Source: an uncultured Eubacteriales bacterium (lineage in GTDB: Bacteria > Bacillota > Clostridia > Christensenellales > QALW01). Taken from it: 24,000 nt of DNA. Of this stretch, positions 14,935 to 24,000 are shown piece after piece (within the stretch, counting starts at the first letter, position 1; each line of letters begins with the position of its first letter). Position numbers and translations under genes: made by a program. The stretch spans positions 14,390-38,389 of the forward strand of contig URIR01000017.1 of the NCBI GenBank assembly GCA_900547955.1. The letters run 5' to 3'. The notes beneath the pieces were generated by a model that saw only the letters and a list, made by a program, of their open reading frames with translations, did not search any database and was not told the DNA's origin.

Positions 14935-14992
14935 GAATTTTTCTCCTTATTCAAGGCATACCACGCATCAATTCAATATTTGCGCCCGCGGT

Positions 14993-17896
14993 CTACCTCT
15001 TAACCTGTTCCTGAATAAACGCCTCTATGACGTCGCTTTCTTTTATATCGTTATAATTATTAATGCCTATGCCGCATTCAAATCCATCGGCCACTTCCTT
15101 AACGTCGTCCTTAAAGCGCTTTAAGGAGCTGATGCTGCCCTCATGAATAACTATATTATCCCGCAGCAGCCGGACTCCGGCATTGCGCTGAATCTTACCG
15201 TCCGTTACATAAGCGCCCGCGATAATTCCCGCGCCCGGCACCTTGAAGGTGGTGCGTACCTCGGCATGACCTATAACCACCTCTTTAAACTCCGGATCCA
15301 GCATGCCCTTCATAGCGTTTTCAATATCCTCTATGGCGTTATATATTACCCGGTACATGCGCATATCCACTTTTTCCGACTCAGCCGCAGCCGTAGCCAT
15401 AGCGTCGGGGCGCACGTTAAAGCCGATAATTATGGCGTTTGAAGCAGAGGCCAGAATAACGTCCGATTCCTTTATTGCGCCTACGGCTCCGTGAATAACG
15501 TTTATGCGCACTTCCTCGTTGCTCAATTTTTCCAGCGCCTGGCGCACAGCCTCAACGCTGCCCTGCACGTCAGCCTTGACTATTAAATTAAGCTCCTTTA
15601 TATCGCCCTCTTTTATCTGGCTGAACAAATCATCCAAAGACGCCTTGGCTCTAGCCTTGAGCTGGTCCGCCTTAAGCTTATCCCGGCGCTCCTGCACAAC
15701 CTGCCTGCCCAGCTTGTCGTCGTCCGTGCCGTAAAGTATATCGCCCGCGTCAGGCACATCGTTAAAGCCCAGCACCTCAACGGGCATAGAAGGCCCTGCT
15801 TCTTCCACGCGTTCTCCCTTATCGTTCATCATGGCCCTGACCCTGCCGCCGGTCGTACCTGCTACTATGGTGTCGCCCACCCTGAGAGTTCCGTTCTGCA
15901 CAAGTACGGTAGCTACAGGCCCTCTGCCCTTATCCAGGCGCGCCTCCACGATAGTGCCCCTGGCCTTTTTATCCGGATTAGCCTTATATTGATTAACGTC
16001 CGCCACCAGCAATATCATTTCCAATAAATCGCTCAGACCGTCTCCTGTAACTGCTGAAACCGGAACAATAATAGCGTCCCCTCCCCACTCCTCGGGCAGT
16101 ATACCGTGATTGGTCAATTCCTGCTTAACCCTTTCAGGATTGGCTGTAGGCTTATCCATTTTATTTATAGCTACTATTATCGGCACCTTGGCCGCCGTAG
16201 CGTGATTTATAGCTTCAACAGTCTGAGGCATTACGCCGTCGTCCGCCGCCACCACCAATATGGCGATATCAGTAACCTGAGCGCCCCGGGCGCGCATGGA
16301 GGTAAAAGCCTCGTGGCCGGGAGTGTCCAAAAAGGTTATAGTCCTGCCGTTATGGCTGACTGTATAAGCGCCTATATGCTGGGTTATGCCGCCCGCCTCG
16401 TGAGCGGTTACGTTAGTGGAGCGTATTGCGTCCAAAAGCGAGGTTTTGCCGTGGTCAACGTGTCCCATAATGGTAACGACCGGAGGCCGCTCAAACGTAT
16501 CCTCTTCCCCGTCCTGCACGGCTGCGTCCGTAAGGGTTTCCTCAAAGGTTTTAGCTATTTTCTGCTCCAAATCTATACCGAAATCGGTAGCCACCAGCGC
16601 AGCGGTATCATAATCTATCTCGTTATTGATAGTAGCCATTATACCAAGCAGAAACAGCTTCTTTATAATCGCCGTAGCAGGCTTGCCCAGCTTTTCGCTT
16701 AAATCCTTTATGCTTATAAGCTCAGTAGTCATAACGGCATGCTCTATTTTTATCGGCTCCATCTTCTGCTGGGCGCTCTCCTTGCGCTTGGGCTTGCGGC
16801 TCCGAATACGCTCATCCTCTTCAAATACCGCTCCGCGCTGACGGGGCGCGCCCTCCCTTTTATTGAGCCGCTTTTCCTCATGCTCGCGGGAATACTGCTT
16901 TTTATTGGGGTCATAATTGCTCACACGGCCCTTTTCGGTAGGCAGAGACGCGTCAAAGGCGGGAATTTTAAGCCCTCCCTGCGGTCTGGACTGGGGCCTT
17001 CCGCCCTGAGCCTGGGCACGGCCTCCCTGCCGGTTGCCGCTGCGCTCTGACTGAGAACGTTCGCCAATGGTTCTGCTCTGCTGCGCGCCCTGAGCCCCAC
17101 GCCCGTCAAAAGACTGGGAGCGGTTAAAGCCCTGTCTTGGCTGAGACTGTCCCTGTGCTTGGGGACGTCCTCCCGGCTGCGTCTGGAACGGGCGCTGCTG
17201 CATATTAGGACGGCCCTGCGCATTGGCAGGCGCCTGCGGACGTTTGCCCGTACTCTGCGGCCGGACGGCCTTCTCCGCGTCAAAGCGGCGTTCTTTATCA
17301 GATTGAGGCGCGGCTACCTGACGGGCAGCCTGTTCATTCTGAGCTTCGCCGGTAACAGGAGAAGCCTGCGCTGGTTCCTCAGGCGCTTTATCCGCGTTTA
17401 AAGGCTCCCTGTTCTCCCAAGCCCCGGCCGCGTCCACAACCTCATCGGCTCCATTTTGCATTTCAGCGGTCTGGGCATGTTCGGCTGTTAAAACCTCCTT
17501 AGGCGAGGACGCCTTTGCACTCAACCCAGGCTGCGCATCCTGAGCCTGAACATTTTCCTCCGCCTTTTTCTCAACGGCGGCTTCAGGCAAAGCGGCGCTT
17601 TTCTGAGACTGACCGTGAGCGTTTTCCTCTGTCTGGGCCGCCTGAGCTTCCTTATCGCTCTCGGCCTGCGCCTGTTCCGCCTCTTTTTTAAGCAATTCCT
17701 GCTCGCGCGCCGCTCTGAGCCGTTCCTGTTCAGCCTGTTCGCGCTGAGCCTGCATCAGCTTCTGCCGCAGAAGCTCCTCATTATTATTCATTAAAGCCTG
17801 CAGGGACTGAATATCCCTCTGTGCGTCGGCCAGCTTAGCGGTTATGCTTCCCGCAGCCTTTTGAATATCCTCGGCAAGCGCCTGATTTTTACTCAT
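14993..17896 (-). CDS. infB: Translation initiation factor IF-2 (967 aa) with ~370-aa low-complexity N-terminal region
   Basis: G domain motifs [20 protein letters not shown] and NKMD, with a conserved C-terminal half. The N-terminal A/E/Q/P/R/G-rich region explains the GC-rich overlapping shadow ORFs (16921..17283, 17159..17401 and others). Confidence 0.97.
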   Translation of the reverse strand: MSKNQALAEDIQKAAGSITAKLADAQRDIQSLQALMNNNEELLRQKLMQAQREQAEQERLRAAREQELLKKEAEQAQAESDKEAQAAQTEENAHGQSQKSAALPEAAVEKKAEENVQAQDAQPGLSAKASSPKEVLTAEHAQTAEMQNGADEVVDAAGAWENREPLNADKAPEEPAQASPVTGEAQNEQAARQVAAPQSDKERRFDAEKAVRPQSTGKRPQAPANAQGRPNMQQRPFQTQPGGRPQAQGQSQPRQGFNRSQSFDGRGAQGAQQSRTIGERSQSERSGNRQGGRAQAQGGRPQSRPQGGLKIPAFDASLPTEKGRVSNYDPNKKQYSREHEEKRLNKREGAPRQRGAVFEEDERIRSRKPKRKESAQQKMEPIKIEHAVMTTELISIKDLSEKLGKPATAIIKKLFLLGIMATINNEIDYDTAALVATDFGIDLEQKIAKTFEETLTDAAVQDGEEDTFERPPVVTIMGHVDHGKTSLLDAIRSTNVTAHEAGGITQHIGAYTVSHNGRTITFLDTPGHEAFTSMRARGAQVTDIAILVVAADDGVMPQTVEAINHATAAKVPIIVAINKMDKPTANPERVKQELTNHGILPEEWGGDAIIVPVSAVTGDGLSDLLEMILLVADVNQYKANPDKKARGTIVEARLDKGRGPVATVLVQNGTLRVGDTIVAGTTGGRVRAMMNDKGERVEEAGPSMPVEVLGFNDVPDAGDILYGTDDDKLGRQVVQERRDKLKADQLKARAKASLDDLFSQIKEGDIKELNLIVKADVQGSVEAVRQALEKLSNEEVRINVIHGAVGAIKESDVILASASNAIIIGFNVRPDAMATAAAESEKVDMRMYRVIYNAIEDIENAMKGMLDPEFKEVVIGHAEVRTTFKVPGAGIIAGAYVTDGKIQRNAGVRLLRDNIVIHEGSISSLKRFKDDVKEVADGFECGIGINNYNDIKESDVIEAFIQEQVKR

Positions 17897-17898
17897 TA

Positions 17899-18240
17899 TT
17901 ATAATGCACCCCCAAAATCGTTCAAGGTATTTATCCTATTATTTATAGCGTCGGCAAAACCGGCGTCGTTTATTGATACTGCAATGCCCGCGGGCTTCCC
18001 GACGGCCCCTCCTAATTCGTCCGTATCCAGAAGCAGGCATTTTATGCCCAGTCTGGAGGCCGCGGCAGAATATTCCTTTATTGTCCGCTCCGAGCTGCGG
18101 GCTGCGAGCAGCACCAGCTTGGATTGCTTCTTTTTAAGCGCTTCACTCACCGCCGTATACCCAACCGAAGCCTTTCCGGCGGCGCGGGCCAGTCCTATAA
18201 GAGAGAGCAGCTTTGAATCAGTTTTAATCAACCTTATCAA
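17899..18240 (-). CDS. ylxQ: L7Ae/L30e-family RNA-binding protein, YlxQ-like
   Basis: [43 protein letters not shown]...[16 protein letters not shown] matches the YlxQ pattern and the conserved position between ylxR and infB. The first codon at 18240 is TTG, only 3 nt after AAGGAGG. A second TTG at 18231 is possible, so the start is uncertain. Confidence 0.8.
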   Translation of the reverse strand: MIRLIKTDSKLLSLIGLARAAGKASVGYTAVSEALKKKQSKLVLLAARSSERTIKEYSAAASRLGIKCLLLDTDELGGAVGKPAGIAVSINDAGFADAINNRINTLNDFGGAL

Positions 18241-18493
18241 GTTCCTCCTTAATGGAATCCAATATGCTCTCCTCTACAGGCGCTTCAAAAGCGCGGGAAA
18301 GCGCCTTTGTTTTAATACACGCTTCAAGGCATTCTGCCCTTGGGCATATATACGCCCCGCGGCCGGCAGCCTTGCCCGTTTTATCCAGGCTTACAGCGCC
18401 CTCCTTATTGCGTACTATCCGAACCAGCTCCCGCTTAGGCTTCATTTCCCTGCATCCAAGGCACATGCGCATGGGAATTTTCTTTGTCTTCAA
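18224..18493 (-). CDS. ylxR: YlxR/RnpM (DUF448) RNA-binding protein (89 aa)
   Basis: KKIPMRMCLGCREMKPKRELVRIV...GRGAYICP is the DUF448 signature. I place the start at TTG 18493 because GGAGGA (complement of 18501-18506) lies 7 nt upstream. The track start at 18538 is an unsupported TTG. Confidence 0.85.
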   Translation of the reverse strand: MKTKKIPMRMCLGCREMKPKRELVRIVRNKEGAVSLDKTGKAAGRGAYICPRAECLEACIKTKALSRAFEAPVEESILDSIKEELDKVD

Positions 18494-18659
18494 ACGCTCT
18501 TCCTCCGATAGTAATAGTATATCCGTTTTTCTGCTCAAACTGCTCTTTGCTTTAAAAGGCTTCAGGCAGCCGCGTATATCCGCGCCGTTATATATGCCGA
18601 CGCCCCGCGGGACGATATCCCTCTACGCCGTCCCCGCCCGAAAAACAGCCGCAGCCGCA

Positions 18660-19784
18660 TTACTCCTCTGAACCGTCAGGCAGCCCAAGCTCCTTAGGCT
18701 CAATATCATCCAGGCCGTTATGCTCTTCAAAGGCCTGCGCGTCAAACTGCTCCTCCAGCTGGCTCTGGCATTTGATATCTATTTTCCAGCCGGTAAGCCG
18801 AGCGGTAAGCCGGGCGTTCTGGCCCTCCTTGCCTATGGCCAGGGAAAGCTGATTATCCGGCACCACAACTCTGGCGACCTTTTCTTTTTCATTGGCGTTA
18901 ACCATAATCACCTTAGCAGGGCTGAGAGCATTGGCTATATATTCGGCCGGGTCTGCGCTCCATTTTATAACGTCGATTTTTTCATCGTTCAGCTCGCTGA
19001 CTATTTGGGAAACTCTGGCGCCCTTAGCCCCTACGCACGCGCCCAGCGGGTCTATCGCAGGATCCTCCGAGGTAACCGCTATCTTAGCGCGGCTGCCCGG
19101 CTCGCGCGCTATTGATACTATGCGCACCACGCCGCTCTGTATCTCAGGGGATTCCAATTCAAACAGGCGCTTGATAAGCTGGGGATGGGAACGGGAAACC
19201 GTAACCTGAAGCCCTTTAAGCCCCCGGCGCACATCCACCACATATACCTTTATGCGGTCGCCCACCTTATATACCTCGCCCGGAATCTGCTCCTTAGGAG
19301 GCAGCACGCCCTCCGTCCTGCCCAGCTCGACAAACACATAGTCGTTTTCCACTCTGTGCACAAAGGCGGTAAGCAGCTCGTGCTGCTTATCGGCGTATTC
19401 ATCATAGATAGCTCCCTTTTCCGCCTCGCGCAGGCGCTGGGTTATAACCTGGCGCGCAGTCTGCGCGCCTATGCGTCCAAAATCCTTGGGCGTGTCCTCA
19501 AACTGTATCCTGTCGCCTATCTGATAGCGGGGATCAATCTCCTGCGCCTCTTCCAGAGAAAGCTCAGTTTCAAGATTATGCAGCCTTTCCACCACAGTTT
19601 TAACTATATATATATGCACGTCGCCCGTTTCCCTGTCCATATGCGCTATTATTTCGCCTTCAAAGCCCTTAGCCTTCTTATAGGCGGAAACCATAGCCAG
19701 CTCTATGGATTCCATAAGCATTTCCGCACTTATTCCTTTTTCCTTTTCCAGCGCATCCAGCGCTTCTATAAGACCAGCGTTCAT
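18660..19784 (-). CDS. nusA: Transcription termination/antitermination factor NusA (374 aa)
   Basis: N-terminal ALEKEKGI, an S1 domain (GDRIKVYVVDV) and two KH domains (GACVGAKGARV; AIGKEGQNARLTARLTGWKIDI). GGAGG RBS 6 nt upstream. Confidence 0.97.
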   Translation of the reverse strand: MNAGLIEALDALEKEKGISAEMLMESIELAMVSAYKKAKGFEGEIIAHMDRETGDVHIYIVKTVVERLHNLETELSLEEAQEIDPRYQIGDRIQFEDTPKDFGRIGAQTARQVITQRLREAEKGAIYDEYADKQHELLTAFVHRVENDYVFVELGRTEGVLPPKEQIPGEVYKVGDRIKVYVVDVRRGLKGLQVTVSRSHPQLIKRLFELESPEIQSGVVRIVSIAREPGSRAKIAVTSEDPAIDPLGACVGAKGARVSQIVSELNDEKIDVIKWSADPAEYIANALSPAKVIMVNANEKEKVARVVVPDNQLSLAIGKEGQNARLTARLTGWKIDIKCQSQLEEQFDAQAFEEHNGLDDIEPKELGLPDGSEE

Positions 19785-19801
19785 TTTAATCCTCCATTAA
19801 A

Positions 19802-20260
19802 TCAGGGGCCGATATACGGCCTTATTGTTTTTATATCTGCGCGGGCAAGCTCATATTTTTCCTTTCTGCCCTCTATTATAACCATACCTGCGTCAAAAGC
19901 AAGCAGGGTACCGGTAAATTTTTTCTTTTTTCCTTTTACAGGCGTCTTTAATTCAGCCTGAACAGTTTTACCCACGTTTCGTTCAAAATCCCTTTCAGTC
20001 TTAAAGGGTCTTTCTCCGGGAGAAGAAACGCAAAGACAATACTGCGTTCCGCCAGTCGGGTCATTTTGTTCCAAAACAGGCTCTATAAGCCTGCTCACGC
20101 GCTCGCAGTCGTCTATAGTCACACCATGCTCGCTGTATATATAAAATGTAAGGCATATAAGCCCTTCTTCCCGGCCGTAATCCACTCCAACCAATTCAAA
20201 GCCCGCCTCTTCTATAGCTGGCCGGGCGCAGTTTTCGGCTTTTTGAATTATATCGGGCAA
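19802..20260 (-). CDS. rimP: Ribosome maturation factor RimP (152 aa)
   Basis: AIEEAGFELVGVDY and CVSSPGERPF are RimP hallmarks. There is no in-frame ATG near the expected N-terminus. TTG 20260 is preceded by AAAGGAGG (complement of 20267-20274) with a 6-nt spacing. The GTG at 20383 would lie upstream of the predicted promoter and leader hairpin. Confidence 0.85.
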   Translation of the reverse strand: MPDIIQKAENCARPAIEEAGFELVGVDYGREEGLICLTFYIYSEHGVTIDDCERVSRLIEPVLEQNDPTGGTQYCLCVSSPGERPFKTERDFERNVGKTVQAELKTPVKGKKKKFTGTLLAFDAGMVIIEGRKEKYELARADIKTIRPYIGP

Positions 20261-20271
20261 ATTATTCCTCC

Positions 20272-20307
20272 TTTCAAAAAACAAGAGTGGGATAAAACAG
20301 CCCACTC
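20272..20307 (-). terminator. Intrinsic-terminator-like hairpin in the rimP-nusA leader (attenuator candidate)
   Basis: Minus strand: GAGTGGG-CTGTTTTAT-CCCACTC (20307-20285) followed by TTGTTTTTTG. It runs straight into the rimP RBS. Confidence 0.6.
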
Positions 20308-20373
20308 TCAGATAAATATCTGAAACTACCGCATGGCGGAGGGCGCAGCGCCCAGTCTTCCGCCTTAATTCAG

Positions 20374-20402
20374 ATAATAACACACTTTATTTAATAAAGC
20401 AA
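20374..20402 (-). promoter_or_regulatory. Candidate sigma-A promoter of the rimP-nusA-infB operon
   Basis: Minus strand: TTGCTT (20402-20397), 17-nt spacer ending in TGT (extended -10), TATTAT (20379-20374). Confidence 0.45.
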
Positions 20403-20464
20403 GCGTTTAAAGCGCTTTTCCTAAAGATTTTTCCAGTCCAGCTCAAGGCAAAACGCTTTAAAAT

Positions 20465-22012
20465 CTATACCTGCGGCAAGGTCTCTTCCGATTGCTCCAC
20501 CTTCTTAGACAACGCTTTTTCATTAAAAGCATTATCCGAACTATTTTGCAAGGGCTGAGCATACTTCATCATACAGCCTATAAGCAGCCAAAAAATTATC
20601 GAAGCGCTGGTACACTTAAAAAATATATCCGAATCAAAAAATGTAGTTACAGCTATAATAGAAAGCATTGTAAAAATAAGTATTGCCATGCTGTCCGGGC
20701 GCTTATTTTTTACAAAATATTTTATTGCCGTAATTAATACGCAAATTAAAAACGCTGCCATTGTGACAAATCCCAATAAGCCTATGCTGGAATAAATAGC
20801 CAGATAGCCATTATGCGTATCATAGATTCTACCAATTTCATAAGAAAGCGGATAATGCTCTTTAGAATATTGAACTATATAAATATCAGGGAACTGTTCT
20901 TTAATTATAGACATATAACTGGGAGAAAATCCAAAGAGCATTGTTTTGACGCTGCTGCCCCCGCATAAGAAATAATCCCGCCATATTCTAAAACGGTTAT
21001 TCGATATATCTCCCGTTTGAGTATCTGGGCGCTCCAATACATCGTCTATAATAGTACCAGTTATATCATCGTTATCCGAATCATTCGCGTTGCCAGAATT
21101 ATCAGAATCCTGAGTACCTAGAAGCACGGGAACTTTAGATAAAACCATATGAGTTCCTGAATAAGCTCCATAAAGTATCACTACGCAAAGCACAGCGGCA
21201 GCTACTGCGCCTAATCCTCTTACTACTTTAGAAGCGCCTGTCTTCTTATTTGCAATAATATTGCGCACAGCGATAATAGTAAAAACAGCCATCCCGCACA
21301 GCAAGCCTACTAATGTGCTTCTTGTTCCACTCAATACCAAATATATGAAGAATAAAGCGGCCTGTATAATAAACAAAATCCTGACCCATATACGTTTTGC
21401 TTTTACAGCGCCGTATACAGCTCCCACGCCTAAAAGCAAAGCTAAAAGCGTCGCATAATAAAGATAGCCGAATACGCCGAAAAGTCTTCCTCCTTGAAAT
21501 CCCTGGCGGCTATTCCCGCCCTCAACCGGCGTAATATACGAAATCTGCATAATAAATTGATATATTGAAACGACAACGGCCACAGTAAAAATAGCAGATA
21601 TCACCAGAAATAAATTCCTTAAAAAGCGTTCCATATGTTCTTTAGCTAATCTAAGATAAAAAGAATAAATAAGAAACATATGCACAACCTGCCAGACTAT
21701 TACCTTGGCGTTTTCTGTCCAGCCATAGCTTACATAAAACAAAGAGGAAGCGCACATTATTACGATAGTGGCCACCAGCAGAACGCAATATCTGCTTTTT
21801 ATGACTGTTCTTTCTATAAGAATATCAGCGGCTAAAAATGCGAAACCCAGCACAGCCATCGCAGGAGAAATTATATCTAAATGGGCATTGCACATAACTA
21901 CCCGCACAGGTACTATCTGCCAAAGGGTTTGATAGAGCAAAACTACTGAAATATATATTTTGACGAATAAATCCGCCCAGCTTTTTAATTGATTTTTACT
22001 TATTGCATTCAT
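20465..22012 (-). CDS. O-antigen ligase/polymerase-like (Wzy_C family) polytopic membrane protein (515 aa)
   Basis: About 10-12 hydrophobic segments. LSGTRSTLVGLLCGMAV resembles the SRxxxxG block of O-antigen ligase domains. It has an acidic D/N/S-rich loop (DSDNSGNANDSDNDD). Confidence 0.6.
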   Translation of the reverse strand: MNAISKNQLKSWADLFVKIYISVVLLYQTLWQIVPVRVVMCNAHLDIISPAMAVLGFAFLAADILIERTVIKSRYCVLLVATIVIMCASSLFYVSYGWTENAKVIVWQVVHMFLIYSFYLRLAKEHMERFLRNLFLVISAIFTVAVVVSIYQFIMQISYITPVEGGNSRQGFQGGRLFGVFGYLYYATLLALLLGVGAVYGAVKAKRIWVRILFIIQAALFFIYLVLSGTRSTLVGLLCGMAVFTIIAVRNIIANKKTGASKVVRGLGAVAAAVLCVVILYGAYSGTHMVLSKVPVLLGTQDSDNSGNANDSDNDDITGTIIDDVLERPDTQTGDISNNRFRIWRDYFLCGGSSVKTMLFGFSPSYMSIIKEQFPDIYIVQYSKEHYPLSYEIGRIYDTHNGYLAIYSSIGLLGFVTMAAFLICVLITAIKYFVKNKRPDSMAILIFTMLSIIAVTTFFDSDIFFKCTSASIIFWLLIGCMMKYAQPLQNSSDNAFNEKALSKKVEQSEETLPQV

Positions 22013-22258
22013 TATGATTCTCCAAAAACAATAGTGTACAAGCGCGCGAACGCTTACAGCTTAACATCTTTTTATAATAAAATAACATTAGCATTTAAAT
22101 ATTATACTCGAATTATGATTATTTGAAAAGCGTTTTGCATATGCTTGCGCATGTCCTCGGCGCCGTATATAATCCGCCGTACAATTTAATAAGAGCACAA
22201 TAAGCTTAGAACCGTGCGCGTCATCCATGCAATTAACGCTCTAAAGTGAAAAAATCAG

Positions 22259-22286
22259 TTGACAGCCTGCTTATTTATGATATAAT
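22259..22286 (+). promoter_or_regulatory. Near-consensus sigma-A promoter of the T-box/trpB2 unit
   Basis: TTGACA (22259-22264), 16-nt spacer ending in TG-A (extended -10), TATAAT (22281-22286). Confidence 0.8.
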
Positions 22287-22292
22287 ACAGCC

Positions 22293-22577
22293 AATCAAAT
22301 TAAAACAAACCGTTGAGTAAGAAGAGTAGCCTGATATACCTCCTTTCAGAGAGCTGCTAATGGTGGAAAGCGGCAGGGCATGGAATTAGGTGAATGGACT
22401 TACGAGGGCAGGTCGAAAAGCGTCGGCGTTTAGTAGTGCCTGCTGGGAGCTTCACCCATTATCCGCGAAGCGCGTATATTTTGAGTACGCGAAATAAGAG
22501 GACGTTTAAATACGTCAATTTGGGTGGTACCGCAGAAGCAAGGCTTTTGTCCCTTAGTGGGATAAAAGCTTTTTTGT
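22293..22577 (+). promoter_or_regulatory. T-box riboswitch leader, tryptophan specifier (UGG)
   Basis: Stem I elements are AGAGAG and a distal loop AATGGTGGAAAGC. The specifier-loop context is GAA-TGG-A, with TGG at 22395-22397. The T-box sequence AATTTGGGTGGTACCGCAG is at 22518-22536. The terminator is GGCTTTTGTCCC-TTAG-TGGGATAAAAGCT plus TTTTTTG (22541-22577). Confidence 0.9.
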
Positions 22578-22626
22578 TTCCCGTCGTTTAATTTGAGAAA
22601 TATTTTATTTTAAGGAGCGATGCAGA

Positions 22627-24000
22627 ATGAAAAAAGTACCCTACAGATTTTATTTAACCGAGGAGCAGATTCCGACGCAGTGGTATAATCTGCGCGCCGA
22701 TATGCCCGAACAGCCCGACCCAATTATCAACCCGGCCACCATGCAGCCTGCTCAGCTTTCAGATTTGCTGCCTGTATTCTGCGAGGAACTAGCCCGTCAG
22801 GAGCTGGACAGCAAGACCAGATACTTTGATATACCCGGCGAAATTATGGATGTATACCGAATATACCGTCCTGCGCCATTAATAAGGGCTTATAATCTTG
22901 AAAAGGAATTAGATACTCCCGCCAAAATATACTATAAATTCGAGGGCAACAACACCTCAGGGAGTCATAAATTAAATTCCGCGCTTGCACAGGCATATTA
23001 CGCAAAAAAGCAGGGCTTGACCAGCCTGACTACTGAAACAGGAGCAGGACAATGGGGTACGGCTCTTGCCGAAGCCTGTTCCTATTTTGGTCTGCCGCTG
23101 ACCGTATATATGGTTAAGGTTTCATACGAGCAAAAGCCTTTCCGCAAAACAGTCATGCAAACCTTTGACGCAAATGTTATAGCCAGTCCCAGCAACACTA
23201 CGGCGGTAGGCCGCGCAATATTGGAAAAAGACCCTGATACCGGCGGAAGCCTTGGCTGCGCAATTAGTGAAGCTGTAGAAAAGGCTGTAACCACGCCAGG
23301 ATGCAGATATGTGCTTGGGTCAGTACTAAATCAGGTGCTTCTTCATCAATCCATTATAGGCCTTGAATCCAAAAAGGCCATGGAGCTTTTAGACGAGTAT
23401 CCGGATATTGTAATAGGCTGCGCGGGCGGAGGATCCAATTTAGGCGGATTAATAGCGCCGTTTATGCAGGACAAGCTGCTGAAAAAGGCTAATCCGCGTA
23501 TTATCGCAGTAGAACCGGCGTCCTGTCCTTCTCTGACCAGAGGAAAATACGCTTATGATTTCTGTGATACAGGTAAAATAACGCCATTAGCCAAAATGTA
23601 CACACTAGGCTGCGGCTTCATACCTTCCGCCAATCATGCCGGAGGACTAAGATATCACGGAATGTCTCCAATATTATCAAAGCTTTATCACGACGGCTAC
23701 ATGGAAGCCATATCGGTTGAGCAGTCCAAGGTCTTTGAGGCAGCTGTGCTCTTCTCCAAAAAAGAAACAATATTGCCTGCACCCGAATCCGCGCATGCAA
23801 TATACGGAGCAATTCAAGAAGCGCTCCGCTGCAAAGAAAGCGGTGAAAGCAAAACCATTCTCTTTGGTCTTACAGGAACCGGTTATTTTGATATGACCGC
23901 ATATAACGCCTATATTACCGGTAATATGAGCGACTATATTCCCACCGACGAGGATTTGCAAAGGGGCTTTGACGGACTTCCTCAGGTACCTGGCCAATAA
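22627..24000 (+). CDS. trpB: TrpB2-type tryptophan synthase beta-like PLP enzyme (457 aa)
   Basis: The long N-terminal extension (MKKVPYRFYLTEEQIPTQWYNLRADMPEQPDP) is typical of TrpB2. The PLP-lysine motif is GSHKLNSALAQAY and the phosphate-binding loop is GCAGGGSNLGG. AAGGAG RBS. The stop TAA is the last codon of the window. Confidence 0.9.
   Translation: MKKVPYRFYLTEEQIPTQWYNLRADMPEQPDPIINPATMQPAQLSDLLPVFCEELARQELDSKTRYFDIPGEIMDVYRIYRPAPLIRAYNLEKELDTPAKIYYKFEGNNTSGSHKLNSALAQAYYAKKQGLTSLTTETGAGQWGTALAEACSYFGLPLTVYMVKVSYEQKPFRKTVMQTFDANVIASPSNTTAVGRAILEKDPDTGGSLGCAISEAVEKAVTTPGCRYVLGSVLNQVLLHQSIIGLESKKAMELLDEYPDIVIGCAGGGSNLGGLIAPFMQDKLLKKANPRIIAVEPASCPSLTRGKYAYDFCDTGKITPLAKMYTLGCGFIPSANHAGGLRYHGMSPILSKLYHDGYMEAISVEQSKVFEAAVLFSKKETILPAPESAHAIYGAIQEALRCKESGESKTILFGLTGTGYFDMTAYNAYITGNMSDYIPTDEDLQRGFDGLPQVPGQ

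Noticed and set aside
15143-17401. ORFs overlapping infB (15143..15442, 15303..15494, 15504..15734, 16106..16702, 16416..16613, 16626..16841, 16739..17050, 16921..17283, 17159..17401)
   Set aside because: They are alternative-frame or antisense ORFs within IF-2. The GC-rich, low-complexity N-terminal coding region of infB suppresses stop codons in the other frames.
17861-19961. Long plus-strand ORFs 17861..18511 (216 aa), 18252..18671, 18720..19115, 18892..19209, 19185..19961 (258 aa)
   Set aside because: They are antisense to the strongly supported ylxQ, ylxR, nusA and rimP genes. The translations are low-complexity with no recognisable motifs or RBS.
22394-22591. ORF 22394..22591(+) 65 aa
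   Set aside because: It lies wholly inside the T-box leader, spanning the specifier loop to the terminator, and has no RBS.

Overview
This 24-kb chromosomal window reads like a Firmicutes/Clostridia-type genome, judging by GGAGG-type RBSs, a T-box leader and the gene order. The backbone is the conserved translation/RNA-metabolism supercluster on the minus strand: rimP-nusA-ylxR-ylxQ(L7Ae-like)-infB-rbfA-DHH(nrnA-like)-truB-ribF (20260 down to 11695), then rpsO-pnp (8839 down to 6395). The left flank holds a partial TldD/PmbA peptidase, mscL, a lipoprotein with an HExxH motif and a GH78-like six-hairpin glycosidase. The right flank holds an O-antigen-ligase-like membrane protein and a Trp-specific T-box leader driving a stand-alone TrpB2-type gene. 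The unusual part is that the normally tight ribF|rpsO junction is split by a ~2.5-kb extremely AT-rich island (about 8965-11458). The island encodes three paralogous AbrB/SpoVT-fold mini-proteins with a shared leader. It also encodes a translationally overlapped ribbon-helix-helix + SLOG (DUF1273/YpsA-like) gene pair, which I consider the best candidate for an undescribed two-gene module (toxin-antitoxin-like or nucleotide-sensing conflict system). Superimposed are three copies of a very GC-rich multi-hairpin 'cloverleaf' element (6121-6278, 9361-9503, 11477-11674) with compensatory stem changes between copies. Two copies in opposite orientation bracket most of the island, and the third is fused to a 54-bp tandem array. 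All functional calls come from reading motifs by eye; no database search or folding computation was possible.
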